Notes under the pieces: model-generated
Told to the model about the DNA's origin: nothing
The model's input: only the letters and a program-made list of their open reading frames with translations
Databases searched by the model: none
From: a virus
Taxonomy: Duplodnaviria > Caudoviricetes
Direction: 5' to 3' (one strand)
IMG/VR virus record: IMGVR_UViG_3300046171_000011
Location: 1-54,446 of that record
Length of the DNA: 54,446 nt
Translations under genes and position numbers: made by a program
Shown: positions 1-7,660 of the stretch, piece after piece
Layout: every line of letters begins with the position of its first letter
Position numbering within the stretch: position 1 is the stretch's first letter

Positions 1-300
1 GATGCACAAAAACAGACACCGCTATCCAAATGTGATCACAAAAAAGCATACCCCAATCAAATGTGATCACAAAACGCTGCAGCATTCCGTTATTCATTAT
101 AAATATAAAAACTAAAATGTTACATTATAACAAAACATCTAAGAGCAAACCCAAAACAGAACAAACCATAAACGAATCACTAACACCAAAACAAAACCAC
201 AGAACAAAGTAGAACAAAACATGATGCCACCTCATAAACATAAAATAAAACGCTTTGTTTTCAATGGCTTATAAAATAGTTCATTTTAGGGCTTGCAAGC
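1..300. promoter_or_regulatory. Non-coding AT-rich terminal/junction control region
   Basis: No credible ORF. Contains AAATGTGATCACAAAA twice (28-43, 59-74), the inverted repeat TGTTACATTATAACA (118-132), GAAC direct repeats (202-215) and the IHF-like TTTCAATGGCTTA (259-271). Confidence 0.6.
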
Positions 301-362
301 TTTTTAAATATCGGGTCTAAATGGTTTCAAGCAAAACGAAACGCAAACCAAGAGGATCACAG

Positions 363-629
363 ATGGAAACGATAGACACGCAAAACCACTACGAGCTAGG
401 CGACATTCAAAACCGCCTAAAAGAAAAAGCAAAAGAATATAATTTGCACGATACCGCATGGATGGAAGCCTATCAAAATGCTGAATATACGGCAGTGGAA
501 ACAAACAATTTTGAAGAATACATCAAAGAGGGATGGACATGGATAGATATTTTTGAAAGAATTGCATTTGATAGTTTGGATGATAGTTTTTTCCATGTAG
601 ACTATGAAGACAACAAATTTAACGCTTGA
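363..629 (+). CDS. Acidic hypothetical early protein
   Basis: ORF 321-629; ATG at 363 has a GAGGA RBS. Rich in D/E and aromatic residues. Confidence 0.65.
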   Translation: METIDTQNHYELGDIQNRLKEKAKEYNLHDTAWMEAYQNAEYTAVETNNFEEYIKEGWTWIDIFERIAFDSLDDSFFHVDYEDNKFNA

Positions 630-654
630 CAGTCTTTTTTGTATCACTTAGCCT
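626..654 (+). promoter_or_regulatory. Sigma70-type promoter
   Basis: TTGACA-N17-TAGCCT; the -10 element sits in the loop of an inverted repeat (639-664). Confidence 0.55.
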
Positions 655-801
655 AGTGGTACAAGATGGAAAGTCAAATCAGCAAGCCGAGCCTATCGCC
701 ATGACGTTTGCCTTGACCGTTACAAGCTCGCAGGTGTAAGCTAGTCCTGCATTGGTAAGGTGTGACATATGAGCCGCCAAGCCAAACAAAAAAGAAAAGA
801 C

Positions 802-830
802 TTGACGACAAAACGAAAATAAGTAAGACT
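802..830 (+). promoter_or_regulatory. Sigma70-type promoter
   Basis: TTGACG-N16-TAAGACT with an A-rich upstream tract. Confidence 0.5.
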
Positions 831-1116
831 GAATATACAGAGCAAAAGATTACTGCATGGCTCTTAAAATATAGTGGTAACAAAACTAAATATGCTACAG
901 CGTGGGTGTTGCGACCCATTACTACAAGTCAGTGGATGCTGACGTGCGACCAAACCAGCCACTTAAGGAACGGCATGATGAAGAAACCCGATAGGCGCAT
1001 TGCGTCTTTGAGCAAGGGTGGATAGTGTCGGATGTAATAGTCTGTGATGCTTCTGCAATGGGGCTTGTGAGTTGTGTACGTTTGTTGGCGATGGCTTCCG
1101 ATAGGGTGTCTGCTGT

Positions 1117-1209
1117 TGTATTTCTTGGACGCATCTAGTCTAACGGTTCAAAGCCGCATATGCTTGACATATGGGATAAATTATAATTAGATGCGTCTTA
1201 CTAAATACA
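1117..1209 (+). other. Long branched stem-loop (possible RNase III-type processing site or ncRNA)
   Basis: GACGCATCTAGT (1128-1139) pairs with ATTAGATGCGTC (1186-1197); outer stem TGTATTT/AAATACA; two internal hairpins. Confidence 0.5.
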
Positions 1210-1214
1210 GCTAT

Positions 1215-1308
1215 CGGGAGGCCGTTGGTACGGATAGTCTTGACTATGGCAAAACAGTCAAGAGCCTATTTGTCTAGGTGAGCAGGTTCAATTCCTGCCC
1301 TCCTGCCA
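1215..1308 (+). ncRNA. tRNA-like RNA with a non-canonical anticodon arm
   Basis: Acceptor stem CGGGAGG/CCTCCTG followed by CCA; T arm GCAGG-TTCAATT-CCTGC; mini D arm CCGT-TGGT-ACGG; extended arm ATAG-TCTTGACT/AGTCAAGA-GC-CTAT. Confidence 0.7.
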
Positions 1309-1326
1309 GATCAAAAGAGGTAAGAC

Positions 1327-1533
1327 ATGGATAACAATACACAGAGCGAAACCTTTTGGATTGTCAGAAAATGGTTTGAAGATGATAATGATATCCAAGA
1401 CGTAAATGACTACGAAAAGCATTGGTCTTTTGCATCTGCTGAATGTGCCTTGTCAGAAGAATGGCACAATGGCTATGATAAAGGCTTGACAGGTAAAATA
1501 TTTGAAGTTAAAGCAACTTATACATGGGAGTAG
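1327..1533 (+). CDS. Acidic hypothetical protein
   Basis: ORF with a GAGGT RBS. Confidence 0.7.
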   Translation: MDNNTQSETFWIVRKWFEDDNDIQDVNDYEKHWSFASAECALSEEWHNGYDKGLTGKIFEVKATYTWE

Positions 1534-1537
1534 ACAC

Positions 1538-2125
1538 ATGACACAATATACTAGAAACATCTTGAAAGTTTTCAATCAGGCTACACAGTCAGAGATAGAC
1601 CACGGCTTGACATGGTACGCTGACGCCAAGAGCAAAGCGCAAGAAATGGCTGACTATCTAGAATTGCCTTTGCATATTGTAGTAGGTGTGATCGCTGCGC
1701 TTAGTCCCACAAACAAATGGGAACGCAATTTAAAAGATGCATATGATATGCTACATACTTTTACTGCAGGTGGATACGTTGAAGACTGCAGGCCATGTAC
1801 ATACAAAACCATGCGTGACAAGGCTTGGTCAATATTGACTACCATGCCACACAATAATGATGATACTGCATTCATCTTGAATGGTGCTAAGATCACAGAC
1901 TTTTTCTACTGCATCATGGGCGAAGATGTATGCGTCATAGATGGACATGCTTGGTGCATCGCTAACAATGACCGCCGCACCATGCAGGAAGTCCCTAACA
2001 TCGGCAAAAAGCTAAGGCAAGATTTACAGACCTGCTACAGTCGGGCAGGTAAAAAGCATGGCATGACTGCATACGAAATGCAAGCCGCAACATGGGTAAC
2101 ATGGAAGCGCATTCATAACGTGTGA
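1538..2125 (+). CDS. Conserved phage protein (DUF7178-like), possible HhH-type DNA glycosylase-like fold
   Basis: Motifs WY..., GVIAALSP...W..N, GAKITDF, VCVIDGHA and MQAATW; ATG at 1538 has a GGAG RBS. Confidence 0.65.
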   Translation: MTQYTRNILKVFNQATQSEIDHGLTWYADAKSKAQEMADYLELPLHIVVGVIAALSPTNKWERNLKDAYDMLHTFTAGGYVEDCRPCTYKTMRDKAWSILTTMPHNNDDTAFILNGAKITDFFYCIMGEDVCVIDGHAWCIANNDRRTMQEVPNIGKKLRQDLQTCYSRAGKKHGMTAYEMQAATWVTWKRIHNV

Positions 2126-2194
2126 TTTAATACTTGACAACAAAACCAGTCTATGCAAAAACTATAGACACAACAAACATAGAGGAGACAAAAA

Positions 2195-2434
2195 ATGTTT
2201 GTACTATTCGCTACTAAACCGCTCAATGATGGCACACAAGGCTATCGCTTTAACTTCTTAGGTGTCAAAGGTCTGACACGCAAGCGTCAGCCTAACCGTA
2301 AAGACAGTAGCCGTGGCTACAAAATAGTCAATGGTGATTGCACTACGCAACTGCACTTTGGCAAGCGTAGCATCTACATTGAGCATAAGCCTAATCGCTC
2401 TACTGAGCGCAAGTTTCATCACTTTGCAGGTTGA
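2195..2434 (+). CDS. Basic hypothetical protein
   Basis: ORF with a GAGGAGACA RBS. Confidence 0.75.
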   Translation: MFVLFATKPLNDGTQGYRFNFLGVKGLTRKRQPNRKDSSRGYKIVNGDCTTQLHFGKRSIYIEHKPNRSTERKFHHFAG

Positions 2435-2436
2435 TT

Positions 2437-2661
2437 ATGGCACATGATATAAATAACATTAGGGTGGCCTACAAGGGCCACACTATCTCTATCGTGCAGT
2501 CGCAGTACGATCAAGGCAATCTTATTCAAGAAGTTCTTGACTTAGGTGGTGGCATATGTAATGACTACACAGGTGATCCGTTGCCTTATGGTAATTTGGC
2601 AGGGTTAATTCATGTGCTAAACAAAATGAAAGAGGCTATAGATGCTGACACATATGAATAG
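2437..2661 (+). CDS. Hypothetical protein
   Basis: ORF tightly packed in the early operon. Confidence 0.6.
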   Translation: MAHDINNIRVAYKGHTISIVQSQYDQGNLIQEVLDLGGGICNDYTGDPLPYGNLAGLIHVLNKMKEAIDADTYE

Positions 2662-2818
2662 AGAAATCTTGGCAGAGGCATGGCACGAATGTGTCTCTGC
2701 AAAAGAAAAACTAAAAGAGCTTGACGCTTTCTACTTTTCTAGTGTACATGAGGGCACAGTGAAAAAGCTAGACGATAGCTTGCACATGATAGGCGAGTTA
2801 TTAAAAGGTAAGATTTGA
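2642..2818 (+). CDS. Hypothetical protein (58 aa; not in the ORF track)
   Basis: Translated by hand: MLTHMNREILAEAWHECVSAKEKLKELDAF...LLKGKI; GAGG RBS; fills the gap between neighbours. Confidence 0.6.
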   Translation: MLTHMNREILAEAWHECVSAKEKLKELDAFYFSSVHEGTVKKLDDSLHMIGELLKGKI

Positions 2819-2831
2819 CAGGAGAGAGACA

Positions 2832-3020
2832 ATGCAAATCACTATGGAATCTATGCTGACAGGTAACGTATCCACTATGGATATTGATGTGACCTTAGAG
2901 CAACTAGAGGCATGGCATAACGGTATGCTAATTCAAGAGGCGATGCCACACTTGACAACACATGAGAGAGAGTTTATCAAGACAGGCATAACACAAGAAG
3001 AATGGGACACAGCGTTATGA
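2832..3020 (+). CDS. Small phage protein, paralog of 7414-7659
   Basis: Shared motif DIDVT.EQ...W..G..IQ.AMP.LT..ER.FI..G.T.EEW; AGGAG RBS. Confidence 0.8.
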   Translation: MQITMESMLTGNVSTMDIDVTLEQLEAWHNGMLIQEAMPHLTTHEREFIKTGITQEEWDTAL

Positions 3021-3754
3021 GTAAAGGTATAGTGATTAGTTTGTATGACTACACAGGTGAAGCATTGAAGCCATGGGCAGATGCAGGTTATGAGTGCTAC
3101 GCTTTTGATATACAGCATGACAAACATGAGATAACAAAAGAGTATTCACGCAAGCATAAGTCAGGCTCTATTGAGTATCTACATGCTGACCTGCATGACC
3201 ATCATGATCTGAACGCAATACATGATGCCTTCAAAGAGCTTGACGTAGTATTCGGCATGGCATTCCCTGTCTGTACTGACATGGCTGTGTCAGGTGCGGC
3301 ACACTTCAAGCGCAAGGCAGAGGCTAACCCATCTTTCCAAGATGAAGCCGTGAGCTATGCAGTGTGGTGTGCTAGGTTGTTCAACAGTTTAGGTGTGCCA
3401 TACTTCATAGAAAATCCTGTGTCAGTATTGGCTACCAAGTGGCGCAAGCCTGACTATTCGTTCCACCCTTATGAGTATGGTGGATACATACCAGATGATC
3501 AAGCGGCACATCCAGTGTGGCCTGACTATATCGCACCGAAAGATGCGTACCCAAAAAAGACTTGTCTTTGGACAGGCAATGGGTTTAGTATGCCTTGGAC
3601 TGATCCAGTAGAACCAGAGCAAGGACATAGTAGACAACACCTAAAGTTAGGTGGTAAAAGTATGAAGACCAAGAACATACGCAGTGCTACGCCAAGAGGT
3701 TTTGCACAGGCGGTGTATGAATTTAACTCAGTAGAACAAATGGAGACAGTATAA
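3017..3754 (+). CDS. Phage DNA cytosine-C5 methyltransferase (Dcm-like)
   Basis: SAM-binding-like VISLYDYTG and FDI, catalytic FPVCTD, IENPV, KKTCLW and RSATPRGFA motifs. Confidence 0.8.
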   Translation: MSKGIVISLYDYTGEALKPWADAGYECYAFDIQHDKHEITKEYSRKHKSGSIEYLHADLHDHHDLNAIHDAFKELDVVFGMAFPVCTDMAVSGAAHFKRKAEANPSFQDEAVSYAVWCARLFNSLGVPYFIENPVSVLATKWRKPDYSFHPYEYGGYIPDDQAAHPVWPDYIAPKDAYPKKTCLWTGNGFSMPWTDPVEPEQGHSRQHLKLGGKSMKTKNIRSATPRGFAQAVYEFNSVEQMETV

Positions 3755-4002
3755 TGACACAAGTAAGCATGAATGAAATAAAAGCAGTAGCCTACATGAA
3801 CCAGAACATGAGCCTACCTATCCGCATATGGGCTAAGAACTTAGACATGACACAAAACAAAACGGCTTCATTGTATGCCAAGTACGTCAAGCTAGGTGTG
3901 ATCAATGCCAAAGGCCACAACAGAGAGCGTTGCAGAAAGATTGCTCAGATGCACAAAGCTAAATTTGAATATGAGCAACTCAAGCAAGAGCTTCAGTTTT
4001 AA
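3754..4002 (+). CDS. Hypothetical protein (possible HTH)
   Basis: Translationally coupled ORF with a GGAGACA RBS. Confidence 0.65.
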   Translation: MTQVSMNEIKAVAYMNQNMSLPIRIWAKNLDMTQNKTASLYAKYVKLGVINAKGHNRERCRKIAQMHKAKFEYEQLKQELQF

Positions 4003-4029
4003 TATTGAACAGTTAAGAGGAGACAAAAA

Positions 4030-4404
4030 GTGACAACGTTTAGCAGAGAAGAACTAAAAGCAATTCGTGTAGCAATGCAGGATGCACTAGATGCGCTTGA
4101 CATTGATGTCACAATCAAGGTAGGCAACTGTACCTATGACGGTGGCGAGGCTAAGTATACAGTCAAGCTAGTGAAGCAAGGCGCAGTGACACAAGAAGAA
4201 AGTGCTATGACTTTTTGGGCAGATACTATGCACCTTGACACAAACAAGATCGCTAAGATCAATGGACAAAGTGTCACATTGCATAGCTATAAAAGCAAAG
4301 CTAAGAAGTATCCATGGATCGTTGCAAGCCTGACAACAGACAGCAAGTGGAAGCTATCAGATAGTCAGGTCAAGCGTATGTTTAGTAAGGAGACAGTAGC
4401 ATGA
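4030..4404 (+). CDS. Hypothetical protein
   Basis: GTG start with a GAGGAGACA RBS. Confidence 0.75.
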   Translation: MTTFSREELKAIRVAMQDALDALDIDVTIKVGNCTYDGGEAKYTVKLVKQGAVTQEESAMTFWADTMHLDTNKIAKINGQSVTLHSYKSKAKKYPWIVASLTTDSKWKLSDSQVKRMFSKETVA

Positions 4405-4742
4405 TTGAGTTTAACACAGAAGCACATCCCCAATACACTAGGCCACAGCTAGGTGAGTGGATGGGATTGATTGGTGTATGGTTTAGCGAGTGGCAGTATT
4501 CACACCTAGATTATGGAGACAACATGGTGCAGTACATGCAGGACAGCTATGGCTTTGGTCAACTGTACAGGATGGTCGGTAAGGTGTCTGACAGTGGTAC
4601 ATATGTCAGCAGCTACGAAGAGGATGAAGACCTTGATTGGATTGGCAGGATTATGACAGCAAAGGGCTATGCTTACTGCTTCCCTTATGGTATCGTAGCA
4701 ATCCCAACGGATGATGGTCACTTCATAACAAGGATGGACTAA
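4401..4742 (+). CDS. Hypothetical protein
   Basis: ATGA overlap; AGGAGACA RBS. Confidence 0.75.
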   Translation: MIEFNTEAHPQYTRPQLGEWMGLIGVWFSEWQYSHLDYGDNMVQYMQDSYGFGQLYRMVGKVSDSGTYVSSYEEDEDLDWIGRIMTAKGYAYCFPYGIVAIPTDDGHFITRMD

Positions 4743-4957
4743 TGACATATGATAAATTGCTTAGAGAAATGTCTGGTGCTTTTCTGACCACACCTTTACC
4801 CGAATACTGGAATGGTCTATCTGACAACACACTAGAGCAATGGGTAAAGGAAAACATCTATGAACCCTACGAGAATTGGGATTTTATGGAGTTGATTTAT
4901 CAAATAGAAAATGTTACTGACGTAGCATGGAAACACTTGAAGGAGACAAACCAATGA
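4742..4957 (+). CDS. Hypothetical protein
   Basis: TAATG coupling. Confidence 0.7.
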   Translation: MTYDKLLREMSGAFLTTPLPEYWNGLSDNTLEQWVKENIYEPYENWDFMELIYQIENVTDVAWKHLKETNQ

Positions 4958-5211
4958 CACCAGAAGAAATCGCAGATAGCCAAGCTACATGGCAAGAGCA
5001 ACGTGATGCAGCCAATGCTGAAAAGAATGCTTGTGCCGATCAACTAACCCAAGAACAACGTGATGCTATTGAGCTTGCATACAAAACTATTCGTGGTGCA
5101 GAGAATAATATGCGTGAAATGTTTGACTTGACAATGAGTGATGCAAGAGCGTTGGACACCTCAGAGTGGAAGCTACGCTCTGCATTCCCTGCTATGGCAG
5201 AAGGTTATTAA
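4954..5211 (+). CDS. Hypothetical protein
   Basis: ATG at 4954 with an AGGAGACA RBS. Confidence 0.7.
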   Translation: MTPEEIADSQATWQEQRDAANAEKNACADQLTQEQRDAIELAYKTIRGAENNMREMFDLTMSDARALDTSEWKLRSAFPAMAEGY

Positions 5212-5214
5212 CTT

Positions 5215-5388
5215 ATGAGTGACTACAATACAGACTATATCGTACCTGCAGCAGAGTATCAGAACTCTTTACTGCGTCAGATTGACAACAACCTATGGGA
5301 AGGTGAAGATGTGTATGCTCTTGAGCTAGAGCTAGAAGATGTCAACTCTTATGTGGAGCGAGGTGAGAAATGGTATCCACTATTCTGA
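5215..5388 (+). CDS. Acidic hypothetical protein (57 aa; not in the ORF track)
   Basis: Translated by hand: MSDYNTDYIVPAAEYQNSLLRQID...GEKWYPLF. Confidence 0.6.
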   Translation: MSDYNTDYIVPAAEYQNSLLRQIDNNLWEGEDVYALELELEDVNSYVERGEKWYPLF

Positions 5389-5471
5389 TGCACTCATTGC
5401 CACTGGCTGTAGCCTTTGCATATGTCTGTGGCTTCTTGTATCTGTGGTATAAAAATGTCAAAGGAGAATGA
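5388..5471 (+). CDS. Small single-TM peptide (27 aa)
   Basis: MHSLPLAVAFAYVCGFLYLWYKNVKGE; TGATG coupling upstream and ATGA overlap downstream. Confidence 0.4.
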   Translation: MHSLPLAVAFAYVCGFLYLWYKNVKGE

Positions 5472-5706
5472 CCCCTATGATGATGTTACGCATTGGGTTG
5501 GTAAGCTACCTAAAGAAGATACTGATAGCGACAAGCGTACTGATGAACGTGATACTAGGCGGCAAGCTAAACCAGACATTCTCAGCGAGGAATTGGAGTG
5601 GAAAAGAAACGGTAAGCCTAATATCAGTTGGCTTATAGATAAGATACTAGGTAAGGATCACTGTAGTAGATGTTGGTCTTACTGGAAAACAAGGAGACAA
5701 TGGTAA
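5468..5706 (+). CDS. Hypothetical protein, probably frameshifted near 5595
   Basis: The frame from ATG 5468 (AGGAG RBS) reads ...NVILGGKLNQTFSARNW and continues as EWKRNGKPNISWLIDKILGKDHC in another frame. Confidence 0.45.
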
Positions 5707-5707
5707 C

Positions 5708-6625
5708 ATGAACATCCCCAAGAAAAATGCTAAGCTACAAGTTGTTGTAGACTTTTATCTGAACTCAAGAAAGTTTGCTAAGCTGAGTGGTTCAACTCAG
5801 AAAGACTACGAGTATCAGCTAGGTGTCGTATGCAATACAGTAGTGGAAGGTAAACGTCTTGGGGATTACACACTAAAAAACATAAAGGTGCGTCACCTGA
5901 CACAAGCATATGAGACATGGACTGAGACAGGTATACGCTCAGCTAACTATCGCCGGGATGTTCTTTCTGCTGCGTGGAAAAATGCAATGCGCTATGACGT
6001 TATGTCACACAACCCTGTTAGTTTAATAAAAGCAGAGGCATCAAAGGATCGCAGAGTATTCTGGACACGTGATCAGATTTCTGCTTTTCTTTCAACGGCT
6101 TACAGTAATTACAGTTGGCGCAGCATAGGTCTGATCTTACACATGGCATACGATTGGGGTCAGCGCTTAGGTGATATGCGTCTGCTTACATGGGATGCAC
6201 TAGACTTAGATGGGTGTCGCCTTGACATCACACAAAGCAAACGTAATGCAGAAGTACACTTGCCAATCGCATCTGATTTGTGTAAGATGCTGCAACAACA
6301 GAAGGAAGACTTTGGGTTTCAAGACTATGTAGCACCAAGAGTTAAGCCAAGGGCAGGTGCGTACACACCATACAACAAAGAAGAAATATCGCCACTTATC
6401 AATGAGGTACTAGAAGAAGCTAATCTACCACATGAACTTACTGGTATGGACTTGAGGCGTACTGCTGTGACTGAGATGATGGAAGGTGGTGCAAACATGA
6501 CAGAGATTATGCAGGTGACAGGCCATAAGAATATGGCATCACTGCGTCCTTACATGGTGAACACATTGAGTGGTGCATCAAAGGCTCTAGCAACCAGAGG
6601 TAATAATGAGGATGAACATTCGTGA
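5708..6625 (+). CDS. int: Tyrosine recombinase / integrase
   Basis: GQRLGD (Arg I), QSKR (Lys), DLRRT (Arg II), TGHKN and PY catalytic Tyr; N-terminal core-binding region. Confidence 0.9.
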   Translation: MNIPKKNAKLQVVVDFYLNSRKFAKLSGSTQKDYEYQLGVVCNTVVEGKRLGDYTLKNIKVRHLTQAYETWTETGIRSANYRRDVLSAAWKNAMRYDVMSHNPVSLIKAEASKDRRVFWTRDQISAFLSTAYSNYSWRSIGLILHMAYDWGQRLGDMRLLTWDALDLDGCRLDITQSKRNAEVHLPIASDLCKMLQQQKEDFGFQDYVAPRVKPRAGAYTPYNKEEISPLINEVLEEANLPHELTGMDLRRTAVTEMMEGGANMTEIMQVTGHKNMASLRPYMVNTLSGASKALATRGNNEDEHS

Positions 6626-7427
6626 ATACGTAGATGGCTTAGGCTTGCGTGATGGCGAAAGCTATAGAGGCAACTGCCCTGAGTGCCGTGGTAAGAATAC
6701 CTTCACTGCATACAACGACTATGGTACACTCAAGTACAACTGCTTCAAGCTGATGTGCAGGGTGGGTGGGCTATACAACACAGACATGACAGCAGCAGAG
6801 ATAATGATGCGGCTATCACCTAGACAGCAAGCGCCTGAGAAAGAGGTAGAGACTATGGAAATACCTGCCTACATGGTACAACCTAACACAGAACACCCGG
6901 AGTTTCACAGATTTGTTAAGCGTTGGGGTTTGCCTACATCTGATCTTATGTACGACCTAGTACAGCAGCGTGTAGTGTTTCCTATACGACATAAAGGACG
7001 CATCATTGATGCTGTAGGTAGAGCAGTAGGTGTAAAGAAACAACCTAAGTGGTATCGCTACACAGGCAAGGCAGGGTACTACACGTGTGGCACAGGTAGC
7101 ACTGCTCTTATAGTAGAGGATGTAGTGTCAGCTATCGTAGCAGCGCAGGAAGTACCTGACATCACAGCTATAGCTATTCTAGGTACATCACTTACACCTA
7201 AGCATATGGAAAAAATATCTGAGTATGACAATATAATTATTGCTCTTGATCCAGACGCAGTGTATAAGACAATAGAGTATCGCAGAGAGATAGAGTTATG
7301 GACAGGAACAAAGACAATAGCTATGAATGTGTCTGATGATATTAAGTATCGCACACCAGAGGATATATCTAAGTTGAAAGGCTTGGTAGGATTACAGCAA
7401 CAAGGAGATAAAGATGAAGCTAACTAG
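6612..7427 (+). CDS. DNA primase (zinc finger + TOPRIM)
   Basis: CPEC...CFKLMC zinc finger; IVEDVVSA and ALDPDA TOPRIM motifs. Confidence 0.9.
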   Translation: MNIREYVDGLGLRDGESYRGNCPECRGKNTFTAYNDYGTLKYNCFKLMCRVGGLYNTDMTAAEIMMRLSPRQQAPEKEVETMEIPAYMVQPNTEHPEFHRFVKRWGLPTSDLMYDLVQQRVVFPIRHKGRIIDAVGRAVGVKKQPKWYRYTGKAGYYTCGTGSTALIVEDVVSAIVAAQEVPDITAIAILGTSLTPKHMEKISEYDNIIIALDPDAVYKTIEYRREIELWTGTKTIAMNVSDDIKYRTPEDISKLKGLVGLQQQGDKDEAN

Positions 7428-7659
7428 GATAAGCCCTCTGTCAGGTAAGAAGAACACCCTAGACATTGACGTAACTAGAGAACAGATTACTGATTGGGAA
7501 AAAGGTGCAATGATCCAAGATGCAATGCCAAACTTGACACCAGATGAAAGGGATTTTATAAATATAGGTGTCACTGGTGAAGAGTGGACTGAACTCTTTG
7601 GTGATTTAGAAGAGGATTTTCCTGCACTGCAAGAGATTATAGGATTGCGAGGTACGTAG
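7414..7659 (+). CDS. Small phage protein, paralog of 2832-3020
   Basis: Shared IQ.AMP.LT..ER.FI..G.T.EEW motif. Confidence 0.8.
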   Translation: MKLTRISPLSGKKNTLDIDVTREQITDWEKGAMIQDAMPNLTPDERDFINIGVTGEEWTELFGDLEEDFPALQEIIGLRGT

Positions 7660-7660
7660 C

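Noticed and set aside
975-995. Hammerhead ribozyme core (TGATGA...GAAA)
   Set aside because: It lacks the C of CUGANGA and has no stem II between the core elements.
762-1025. 87-aa ORF
   Set aside because: GTG start with poor RBS spacing, overlaps promoter-like and hairpin elements, and has no recognisable motif. Left uncalled.
1215-1308. Canonical tRNA-Cys(GCA) or tmRNA
   Set aside because: GCA lies in a 10-nt loop without U33 on an over-long stem. There is no G3-U70 alanine identity and no tag reading frame.
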